This document shows positions 34,819 to 42,401 of a DNA stretch of 52,925 nucleotides, piece after piece. The stretch's first letter is position 1. The number at the start of each line of letters is the position of its first letter. Source of the DNA: Oscillospiraceae bacterium (GTDB lineage: Bacteria > Bacillota > Clostridia > Oscillospirales > CAG-272); contig SVSC01000002.1 in the NCBI GenBank assembly GCA_015064525.1, forward strand, positions 1-52,925, given 5' to 3'. Position numbers and translations under genes: made by a program. The notes beneath the pieces are model-generated. The model was not told the DNA's origin. It worked only from the letters and a program-made list of their open reading frames with translations, and made no database searches.

Positions 34819-37035
34819 ATGAAACAGCACGCGAAAAAGCTACCGATCATCCTGGTCTCTGCCATGCTCCTTCTTGGAATCCTTGCAGGCTTGATCATGG
34901 CGATCAGCGGTGGAACACAGCCCTTTACGGGTCAGATCGCCGCTTACTGCGATGCACTTGTGGCACAAGGCTTTCCCGAGGACTATGCTACCGCTCTGAC
35001 AAGGCTCCACCTTCTCCATCCGAATTGGGAGTTTGAGCCTCTTCTGATCACCGAAACCAACAAGGATTACACCTGGGCGCACGTGATCGACAAGGAAACT
35101 GAAAATCCCGCCACAAACCTCATCTCCGCATCCGATACATATTCCGATTATCGTCATCCCTTTAACCGCGAGCTTTATGATTCGGGCTTCTATCAGCCCT
35201 CCCGCTCCGCGGTGGAATATTTTATGGATCCGCGCAACTTCCTCAACGAAGCCGATATTTTTCAGTTCTACGATCTTTCGGGCTCGAAAAATCCCTCGAT
35301 TGATGCTGTTAAGGCGGTTCTCAGCGGAACGTTCATGGAGAACGCCGTATTGGAAAACGGTGTTACCTACGCCGACTATCTGGTGCAGATCGGCGCTGAA
35401 ATCGGAATTGATCCCGTGTACCTTGCGGTCAAGCTCCGCCAGGAGCAGGGCGTTGGCGGCACCTCCCCCATCATTTCGGGGACTTGCGGCGATCTGTTGC
35501 TCAAGTATTACGATCAGCAAACCGAAAAAACCGAGCAAGGAAAGCCGATCAATCCTCCAAAGCCCGGGGACGAGGATCCTTCGGCGCTGACCGATCTCAA
35601 CGGTCTTTACAATCCCTTTAACGTTGGCGCAGGCGGAACGGGCGTTTACCAAATTTATAAAAAAGCCATGATCCGCGCGGAGGAAGGAACCTCCTCCATG
35701 GCGAACGCATGGGGCGATGCCTCCTGGAGCACCATGTGGAAGGGGCTTTACGGCGGCGCGCTGTTCATCAAGGAAAAATATATCGACCGCTATCAGTCCA
35801 CCATCTATCTGCAAAAATTCAACGTGGACGGCAGGATCCCGCAAAACAATTTCTGGAGTCAGTATATGCAGAATTTGACGGGAGCGCTGACCGAGGGACG
35901 CTCCTATTTCCGCTCCTGCGCCGAGATCGGCTCGCTGGACGCTCCCTGCCGTTTTCTCATTCCCGTTTATGCGGAAATGCCGCAGGATGCCTGTTCCGAT
36001 CCCGCCCGCGGAAAATGCACCACCCTCACTCCCGCCTCCAATCGCTTTGAAACCACTTCTCTCCTGACTGCGCCCGAGCGTCTCCGTAGCACCAACGACG
36101 GCGTGTTCTGCTCTGCAACCGTTCAAGCGGGCGCCACCGAATGGAAGCTGGAGGGTAAATTCACCCACAGCTATGGAGTTCAAAGGTTGCAATACTCCTA
36201 CAACGGCGGCGAATGGATCGACTGCTCCGAGGACGGTTCCCTTTCCATTGATCTTTCCGAGAACCTTCCCGACTACGGCGAGCATATACTGGTTATCAGA
36301 GCGGTTGCCGACTACGATCCCAATGACAGCACCAAAAAACTCAGCGCAAACAGTTTGTGCGTCGCCCTGAGCCTCACCGTTCAGCCCCCTCCCTCTGTGA
36401 AGGTCAGTCTGCAAGCAGGCAACACGGTTGCCGATACCATGCACTACGTTGGAACCACACTCACCCTTCCCTCCTGCTCCGATGAAAATTTTGTTGGCTG
36501 GGTCGGCTCCAACGGCACCATTCTTCCCTCCGAGGGGAGCTTTACCGTTCGGGAGGATATTCACTACACCGCCCTTTTTGTGGATTTTCGATTGCTGGAG
36601 GGCGCGGCGCTCTCCCTGAACAGCTCCACTCCCACCCTTCGGTTCTATGCGGTGCTTCCCGAATCCGCCTATCGGATCATTCACAAGCACACGGATTTTG
36701 GTGGACAGCTCCTTGGAAGCGAAGCGATGGCAGAGCTGCAAAGCAGCTGCACCGTTCCATCTCAAAGTGGAACCGACTACCGCAGGCTTTCCTTCACCAC
36801 AGCCCCCATTTCCGAGGAGGACTACAACGCCCCCCTCTCTGCGTCGCTTTCCATGAGGGTGACCTACTCCGACGGAAGCAATAAGCAGATCACCGCCGCA
36901 GGTACCCCCACGCCGAGAAGCGCCGCGCAGCTTGCTTCCGCCGCGCTGTCCGATCCTCTTGCACATCACACGCCCGCCCAACGCGCCACGCTGGAAACCA
37001 TTTTAACCTCATCCCGAAAGGATCTCACAACATGA
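34819..37035 (+). CDS. membrane-anchored exported protein with glucosaminidase-like (GH73-like) wall-hydrolase region
   Basis: N-terminal anchor LPIILVSAMLLLGILAGLIMAI. PNWEFEPL...DPRNFLNEADIFQFYDL...IGIDPVYLAVKLRQEQG resembles the N-acetylglucosaminidase/FlgJ-type region. The C-terminal half is beta-rich and unassigned. Confidence 0.5.
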   Translation: MKQHAKKLPIILVSAMLLLGILAGLIMAISGGTQPFTGQIAAYCDALVAQGFPEDYATALTRLHLLHPNWEFEPLLITETNKDYTWAHVIDKETENPATNLISASDTYSDYRHPFNRELYDSGFYQPSRSAVEYFMDPRNFLNEADIFQFYDLSGSKNPSIDAVKAVLSGTFMENAVLENGVTYADYLVQIGAEIGIDPVYLAVKLRQEQGVGGTSPIISGTCGDLLLKYYDQQTEKTEQGKPINPPKPGDEDPSALTDLNGLYNPFNVGAGGTGVYQIYKKAMIRAEEGTSSMANAWGDASWSTMWKGLYGGALFIKEKYIDRYQSTIYLQKFNVDGRIPQNNFWSQYMQNLTGALTEGRSYFRSCAEIGSLDAPCRFLIPVYAEMPQDACSDPARGKCTTLTPASNRFETTSLLTAPERLRSTNDGVFCSATVQAGATEWKLEGKFTHSYGVQRLQYSYNGGEWIDCSEDGSLSIDLSENLPDYGEHILVIRAVADYDPNDSTKKLSANSLCVALSLTVQPPPSVKVSLQAGNTVADTMHYVGTTLTLPSCSDENFVGWVGSNGTILPSEGSFTVREDIHYTALFVDFRLLEGAALSLNSSTPTLRFYAVLPESAYRIIHKHTDFGGQLLGSEAMAELQSSCTVPSQSGTDYRRLSFTTAPISEEDYNAPLSASLSMRVTYSDGSNKQITAAGTPTPRSAAQLASAALSDPLAHHTPAQRATLETILTSSRKDLTT

Positions 37036-37871
37036 AAACCCTTGGATATTACGACGGAAGGATCGACGAGCTGGATCGCATCAGCGTTCCCATGCTGGAT
37101 CGTGCCTGCTATTTCGGTGACGGTGTTTACGACGTGACCTACAGCCGCAACTATCACATTTTCGCGCTGGAGGGGCATATTGATCACTTTTTTCAGAGCG
37201 CCGAGCTGATCTCCATTCGGCCTCCCTTCACCAAGGGCGAGCTGGCTGAATTGTTGGAGAGCTTGGTGAAAAGGATGGACAATGGCAATCTTTGGGTCTA
37301 TTTTCAGTTGAGTCGCTCCGCCGACCCTCGTACCCATGCTTTTCCCGCCACCCCCAAGCCTCGGCTCTGGGTGATGCTGAAGCCTGCGGAAATACGGGAT
37401 ACATACGCCCCCATGCGTTGCATCAGCATGGAGGACACCCGCTTCTATCATTGCAACGTAAAATCCCTCAATCTGCTCCCCAACGTGCTTGCCACGCAAG
37501 CGGCAACCGCCGCGGGTGCGGATGAATGTATCCTCCACCGAGGCAGCACCGTGACCGAATGCGCCCACTCCAATCTTTCCATTCTGAAAAACGGCGCTCT
37601 CATCACTCACCCCGCCAACGAAATGATCTATGCGGGAACGGGTCGAGCGCACCTGATCGAGCAATGCGTTTCCCATGGAATTGCCGTGGAGGAGCGCACC
37701 TACACCATGGAGGAGCTTTGGAATGCCGACGAGGTGCTGGTGACCTCTGCTTCTGCCCTTTGCGCTCCCGTGATCCAACTGGACGGAAAGCCCATCGGCG
37801 GCAAAGCTCCACACACAGTGCGTCTTTTGCAGGACGCGCTTCTGCGGGAGTATCTGGAGCAAACCAAATAA
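37032..37871 (+). CDS. dat: D-amino-acid (class IV) aminotransferase
   Basis: GYYDGRIDELDRISVPMLDRACYFGDGVYDV plus the class IV fold pattern. ATGA overlap with the upstream gene. Confidence 0.8.
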   Translation: MKTLGYYDGRIDELDRISVPMLDRACYFGDGVYDVTYSRNYHIFALEGHIDHFFQSAELISIRPPFTKGELAELLESLVKRMDNGNLWVYFQLSRSADPRTHAFPATPKPRLWVMLKPAEIRDTYAPMRCISMEDTRFYHCNVKSLNLLPNVLATQAATAAGADECILHRGSTVTECAHSNLSILKNGALITHPANEMIYAGTGRAHLIEQCVSHGIAVEERTYTMEELWNADEVLVTSASALCAPVIQLDGKPIGGKAPHTVRLLQDALLREYLEQTK

Positions 37872-37907
37872 CAGAAACCCATCCTCACACAAACAATTTT
37901 ATAATCA

Positions 37908-37955
37908 ATCAAAGCGGTTGCTCCATGCTGAAAAGCATGGAGCAACCGCTTTGAT
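37908..37955. terminator. long perfect hairpin after dat
   Basis: ~21-bp stem atcaaagcggttgctccatgc/gcatggagcaaccgctttgat, loop tgaaaa. The T tract is weak (cttta). Confidence 0.6.
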
Positions 37956-37969
37956 CTTTAGCAATAGGA

Positions 37970-38248
37970 TTATTCGATTTCTATAAACCAACTGATATCA
38001 AGATTCAAAGATTCCGCATCGCAGAAATAGCCTCGATAGCGGAAGGGGTTATACAGCTCAAGCAGATTGGTTTCAAAGGCGCTGTTGCCGCTTACACCTT
38101 GCGCGGTGCAAACGCCCCACACATCATAGCTCATGCTGATGCCCGATTGGTTCAGCATGGTTTCGCTATTGTAGGTATAGGACGAATCCAATCTGCCCGT
38201 GCGGTCGTACTTGTACACCGTTACTTCATCGTTGCGGTGGTCGGTGAC
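37970..38248 (-). pseudogene. rhs relic (orphan C): two fused fragments of the RHS shell, no toxin tip
   Basis: Encodes SVTDHRNDEVTVYKYDRTGRLDSSYTYNSETMLNQSGISMSYD fused to VWGVCTAQGVSGNSAFETNLLELYNPFRYRGYF. These match the main gene around 44285-44420 and 43085-43190. It ends 19 aa later (CDAESLNLDISWFIEIE). Confidence 0.8.
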
Positions 38249-38327
38249 GGAAAGCCACAATATGTAGATCGGCTTGTCCAATGTGCGAACCATCGGGTTC
38301 ACATCCTTTCTTTGTTGTTTCGGCGCT

Positions 38328-38357
38328 CCCCGCGCCGCAATCAACAGCGGCGCGGGG
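38328..38357. repeat. GC-only palindrome, copy C (cassette boundary)
   Basis: CCCCGCGCCGC-aatcaaca-GCGGCGCGGGG, an 11-bp perfect stem. Confidence 0.9.
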
Positions 38358-38389
38358 AATGGTCGAACACCTACACCTTTTTAAAATCC

Positions 38390-39169
38390 TCATTTTCCTG
38401 TATTTTTGATCATCTTTCGGTTTTTCAATAAAGGATACAAACACCCCAAAAGCCACACGACAAGAAGCCCTATTATGATTCTGTTTATTGACATCATATC
38501 TTCAAATTGCAAAATCGTATTGTAGCTTTGAGTCACAAGCAAAACAGTCATCACAAGAGCAACAATCCAATAAAAAGCATTATCTCTTTTTAGTCTTTTA
38601 ATTAAGTAGGACTGTATTTGATTTGATACTTTCCCGTACTGTTTCACCTCAAATTCGTTCATCAGAAAGCGATTTACATTTTGATGCCAAAAGTATCCCA
38701 CGCCCCACATAATTGAAACCAACGAGACTGTTTTCACAGCACGATCTACATCGCTCCCACCGAAAAAGCCCAAAAAGAATAAGCAAGGAAGTAAAACAGT
38801 TCCCAAACAGATCAAAATCAACGCTGCAAGATCTTCATTTTTCAAATTTTGTATTTTTTTGAAATACTTTTCGCTTGATATTTTTTGTTTTTTTATCTCT
38901 TTGCCCTTCTGCTTTTGGTCAATCCGCAATTGCTCATCATAACTCACCTCGCGGTGACATGAAGGGCAAATATATGAATAAGTAGTCAGTTCATACTGAC
39001 TCATTCCGATATATATCGTACTTCCATGCGTGCTTGAAAAATCCTTGTCTCCCTTTTTTATGAGCCTTGTGCTTTTTTTGATCTTCAATCTCGTGCCGCA
39101 TTTGCCACAGTACATTTTTTTCAACAACATTCCTATTGGCATTTCGGCTTTGGATCCTGTCCATCCCAT
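38390..39169 (-). CDS. zinc-ribbon membrane protein (immunity-gene position of orphan B)
   Basis: ATG 39169 behind GGAGAGGAGG. CGKCG...CPSCH zinc ribbon, Lys-rich linker, then about 4 hydrophobic helices. AT-rich. Confidence 0.65.
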   Translation of the reverse strand: MGWTGSKAEMPIGMLLKKMYCGKCGTRLKIKKSTRLIKKGDKDFSSTHGSTIYIGMSQYELTTYSYICPSCHREVSYDEQLRIDQKQKGKEIKKQKISSEKYFKKIQNLKNEDLAALILICLGTVLLPCLFFLGFFGGSDVDRAVKTVSLVSIMWGVGYFWHQNVNRFLMNEFEVKQYGKVSNQIQSYLIKRLKRDNAFYWIVALVMTVLLVTQSYNTILQFEDMMSINRIIIGLLVVWLLGCLYPLLKNRKMIKNTGK

Positions 39170-39203
39170 AGCTTATTCCTCCTCTCCATATAACAGTCGC
39201 TTG

Positions 39204-39495
39204 GAACAAATTATATTTCTTTGAATCGATCTTAGAGATATTGTCTGAATTAAGAAACCTTCCCCACTGAGGATAATAATACCTACTTTGGAGATAATTG
39301 CATTCAATTTCCCAATCATAGAAATATCCACGATAGCGGAAGGGGTTATACGTCTCTACCAAAATCTACTCAAATGCGGAAACACCGCTGGCAACTTCGG
39401 GAGGCGCGCATACGCCCCACGCATCATAGCTCATGCGAATGCCCGATTGGTTCAGCATAGTTTCGCTATCGTAGGTGTAGGACGAATCCAATCTG
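39204..39495 (-). pseudogene. rhs relic (orphan B) with in-frame stop and truncated tip
   Basis: Reads GRLDSSYTYDSETMLNQSGIRMSYDAWGVCAPPEVASGVSAFE-stop(TAG)-ILVETYNPFRYRGYFYDWEIECNYLQSRYYYPQWGRFLNSDNISKIDSKKYNLF. It has the same fragment-fusion junction as orphan C. Confidence 0.75.
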
Positions 39496-39524
39496 CCCGC
39501 ACCGCTGTTGATTGCGGCGCGGGG
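39496..39524. repeat. GC-rich palindrome, copy B (loop inverted relative to copy C)
   Basis: CCCGCACCGC-tgttgatt-GCGGCGCGGG. The loop is the reverse complement of the copy C loop. There is one stem mismatch. Confidence 0.85.
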
Positions 39525-39540
39525 GAACGAAAAGGCTTGG

Positions 39541-40179
39541 TTACGGTTCCGTCACGTGCGTGGACACAGGCTCGGTGATATTGGAAGAGATGGGTGTGGT
39601 TGTAACAGTAGTGCTGTTTGTAGTGGTGGTATCTTCCCCGCGCTCAATTTTCACTTCTTCAAAGTTGAAGAAGGGGAAGTAGGTTGCCATATACTCACCA
39701 AGCGTGATATAGGTGTATGGTTCCCCCACACGTGTTCCAACAGCAAGCAAGACACGATGCTCGTCGGAATAAGCAAAGTATATTCTCATATCGTTATGAT
39801 GTTGATCAGGAGATATGTTTTTTTTGAATACAAATGTTTTGTATGTCTCCGAGTGAATTTCGTCTTCCGGCATATGCTCGAAAAAATATTCTTTGGCTTG
39901 AACATACGTTTCTTCATCATACACCATATAAATCAGTGCTGTTTCATAACGATTGTAAGAATAGGTCATTTTTTTGTGCTGGTCAATATAGTCGTAATCC
40001 CCTCTTTCATACGGAAACATGGTTAAAAAATCCTGCGGAATCAAGGATTGAGTCAATCCGCATTGTGAATGTCCAAGGTGAAAATTTTCAATTCCTTGAG
40101 CCTGATATAAAGTGCAGGATGTCAAGAAAAGACTTATCACCATAGACAAAATCACAAAAATTCTCTTCTTCATGCTCAT
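39541..40179 (-). CDS. lipoprotein, putative immunity protein of orphan A toxin tip
   Basis: MSMKKRIFVILSMVISLFLTSC (lipobox LTSC). It starts 1 nt after the orphan A stop. AT-rich. Confidence 0.6.
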   Translation of the reverse strand: MSMKKRIFVILSMVISLFLTSCTLYQAQGIENFHLGHSQCGLTQSLIPQDFLTMFPYERGDYDYIDQHKKMTYSYNRYETALIYMVYDEETYVQAKEYFFEHMPEDEIHSETYKTFVFKKNISPDQHHNDMRIYFAYSDEHRVLLAVGTRVGEPYTYITLGEYMATYFPFFNFEEVKIERGEDTTTTNSTTVTTTPISSNITEPVSTHVTEP

Positions 40180-40180
40180 A

Positions 40181-41494
40181 TCACCATCCCTTTTCTGCGA
40201 TAAAGCGCGCAGGTAATCTCACATGCCAGCGATCATCAGGGAACGGAATAAACTCTGCTTTCCTACAATCATCCGCAAGCTCACTTAGCACAGGTATCCC
40301 CCGTTTATCAGCCCAACTTAACGCAAACCATCCGTACATATGCAAGGTATACTCTCCGTAATACATCTTAGCATAATCATCGTAATACTTATGTCCCGTT
40401 TCATGTTTTGCGTGTTTCAAGCGATCCCATCTACTTATATACCCCTGATTCACATATGCTGAGACTTCGCCGGATTCATCAAGCCCCGTGGATCCGTCCG
40501 CAAAATAGTAGTATGCTTTATTTACCGCATTGTTCAAAGAACTGTCAACGTTCTTTTTCGTGCGACGCCCTTCTTTTATTGCTTCAGATAGGTTACCGTT
40601 TTCCTCATAAACGCGATCTGCCGCAGCTAAACCTGCCATGGTTGCAATAAAATCAGTTACTACACGAGTAACAATTTCCAAAAACACACCCCAATCCCAT
40701 TCACCGGTAGGATCATACCCCATTACCGGATTATTGCCACAATATGTGAACAAATTATAGGATAAGATTTCACCATCCATTCCCAAATTAGACAAGCCAT
40801 CCGCATTGAGGAATCTACACCATTCGGGATTATAATACCTGCTTTGGAGATAGTAGTATTTTGTTTCCGCATCGTAGAAGTAGCCTCTGTAGCGGAAGGG
40901 GTTATACAACTCAAGCAGATTGGTTTCAAAGGCGCTGTTTCCGCTTACACCTTGCGCGTTGCAAACGCCCCACGCATCATAGGTGTAGGCGCCGATCTTT
41001 CTGCCGGTCGAATCGTAAATGGCAACAATATCACCCTGCAAATTCTTTTCGAAGAAATAGCAACTGAAGGTTTGGGCGGGATCGGTTGATTTTCTGTACT
41101 TGATGCCTATGGGTGCCCCCGTTTCATCATAGACGAACAGCATCAAATGCTCGACATCTCTACGAACCCACTTTTGCCCTATCACCTGACTGCCGTTGAG
41201 AATATACTCATAGGTGGTCCCTTGGGCGGTCTTGCTTGTGCGGATGCCATCGGCGTTGTAGGTGAAGATGCATTCATCGGAGCTTTCATAGTACTCGCCG
41301 TACTCCGAAAAGTAGCAGTACCACATGGAAACAAGCTGTCTGCCTTCCCATTCAAACACGTAGCCCGCGCCGCTGTAGTAATCGGGATCATAATAGCCCA
41401 TGAAAATGGGGTTTCCGATCTCGTCGTAGATGATCTCATCTCCGTTGTAGATGGTTAAAAGATCGCCCCAACCGGTGGGATCACCAACAACCAA
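40181..41494 (-). CDS. orphan RHS C-terminal cassette A (shell end plus alternative toxin tip; no own start signal)
   Basis: 266 aa are near-identical to the main RHS C-terminal shell through YYYLQSRYYNPEWCRFLNADG. This is followed by NNPVMGYDPTGEW and a distinct 171-aa tip containing HETGH. The track start is TTG without an SD. Confidence 0.8.
   Translation of the reverse strand: MVVGDPTGWGDLLTIYNGDEIIYDEIGNPIFMGYYDPDYYSGAGYVFEWEGRQLVSMWYCYFSEYGEYYESSDECIFTYNADGIRTSKTAQGTTYEYILNGSQVIGQKWVRRDVEHLMLFVYDETGAPIGIKYRKSTDPAQTFSCYFFEKNLQGDIVAIYDSTGRKIGAYTYDAWGVCNAQGVSGNSAFETNLLELYNPFRYRGYFYDAETKYYYLQSRYYNPEWCRFLNADGLSNLGMDGEILSYNLFTYCGNNPVMGYDPTGEWDWGVFLEIVTRVVTDFIATMAGLAAADRVYEENGNLSEAIKEGRRTKKNVDSSLNNAVNKAYYYFADGSTGLDESGEVSAYVNQGYISRWDRLKHAKHETGHKYYDDYAKMYYGEYTLHMYGWFALSWADKRGIPVLSELADDCRKAEFIPFPDDRWHVRLPARFIAEKGW
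40795..41485. repeat. direct repeat of main rhs 43000-43690 (offset 2205 nt)
   Basis: 41147-41485 is identical to 43352-43690, shown by identical 103-aa and 85-aa antisense ORFs in the track. 40795-41146 carries scattered substitutions. Confidence 0.9.
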
Positions 41495-41532
41495 TCACAA
41501 AAAGCAGATTGGCTTGTCCTTTTTTCGGGGTT

Positions 41533-41558
41533 CCCCGCGCCGCCGAAGCGGCGCGGGG
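41533..41558. repeat. GC-only palindrome, copy A (cassette boundary)
   Basis: CCCCGCGCCGC-cgaa-GCGGCGCGGGG, 6 nt after the ankyrin gene stop. Confidence 0.9.
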
Positions 41559-41564
41559 GAAAGT

Positions 41565-42401
41565 TTAAGCTTGTTGCTTCAGTAGATCCGCGATCTCGGT
41601 ATGACCTCTTTCCACGGCGTAGTCGTAGGCGGTTTTGCCATATTTATCCTGAACATCCGGTTGCGCACCGTTCTCCAACAGCAATCTAACAATACGAATA
41701 TCTGCATGGGTCCTTTGAACCGCACAAATCAAAATCGTATCTGAATACCAACGATATTGATCTACATCAATTGAGTACATTTGAAACAGAATTTCCATGG
41801 ATGCTACATCTCTGAGCATTTCATTAAGCAAGCCGGCAAAGTCATAGGTTTCCGGATCAATACCGGAGAGCATCTTTTTTAATAAAGCTTCTCCTGAAGA
41901 TCTATCTGTCTCGCCCACCATTCCCGCAACACAAGCCCCCATGGCATCAAAAATACCGTTAGAGCTACGTTGCAACGTGACATCAGCGCCATTTTGAAGC
42001 AAAACTTCTGCTATTTGATACTTGCTTTCGTGGGTAGTTAGTAAACAAATGATCAAAGGAGTTTGGGTTAGCATTGGTTCTTGGAAGTTTACATCTGCCC
42101 CCTTGGAAATCAATAGCTCAACCATTTCCAAATTTCCGCTCGAACAAGCCGCACATAGCGGATTAAAGCTATAGGAACCCCAAACATCCAATATGGTCAA
42201 TAACCATGCAGGAAGAAAAGTTGGAATCTCATCGATCGCTTCGGGATATTTTTCTATCAGACGCTCGACTTCTGATATATCATCTTTCTGTACGGCCTTT
42301 ACAATTTGCCTTGAATGATATACATCCGAGCAAAGGAACGACACTGTGATTCCTATGAACAGGAGCACAACAACAGCTACCAACAAGAGTTTTTTTCTCA
42401 T
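41565..42401 (-). CDS. membrane-anchored ankyrin-repeat protein, putative cognate immunity of the main RHS toxin
   Basis: ATG 42401 overlaps the rhs stop (ATGA) and follows GGAGG. Signal anchor MRKKLLLVAVVVLLFIGITVSF. Ankyrin repeats (NPLCAACSSGNLEMVELLISKGADVN, TPLIICLL...AEVLLQNGADV, TILICAVQRTHADIRIVRLLLENGAQPD, KTAYDYAVERGHTEIADLL). Confidence 0.75.
   Translation of the reverse strand: MRKKLLLVAVVVLLFIGITVSFLCSDVYHSRQIVKAVQKDDISEVERLIEKYPEAIDEIPTFLPAWLLTILDVWGSYSFNPLCAACSSGNLEMVELLISKGADVNFQEPMLTQTPLIICLLTTHESKYQIAEVLLQNGADVTLQRSSNGIFDAMGACVAGMVGETDRSSGEALLKKMLSGIDPETYDFAGLLNEMLRDVASMEILFQMYSIDVDQYRWYSDTILICAVQRTHADIRIVRLLLENGAQPDVQDKYGKTAYDYAVERGHTEIADLLKQQA

Noticed and set aside
34840-36981. 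713-aa ORF on the minus strand
   Set aside because: It lies entirely antisense to the well-supported wall-hydrolase-like gene (34819-37035). The translation is Gly/Arg/Ala-rich low complexity with no SD or motifs. It is a typical shadow ORF.
38991-39362. 123-aa track ORF starting MVETYNPFRYRGYF
   Set aside because: It is the post-stop part of orphan B read through into the start of the zinc-ribbon gene in another frame. It has no SD, and its C-terminal half overlaps a better-supported gene.
41147-41458. Plus-strand ORFs duplicated at 41147-41458 / 42929-43663 and 41182-41439 / 43387-43644
   Set aside because: They are antisense or off-frame translations of the duplicated rhs shell segment. 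They are useful only as proof of the identity tract.
38328-41558. GC palindromes read as simple intrinsic terminators
   Set aside because: No U tract follows any copy on the coding (minus) strand, and copy B is fused to coding sequence. I kept them as a repeat-element finding instead.
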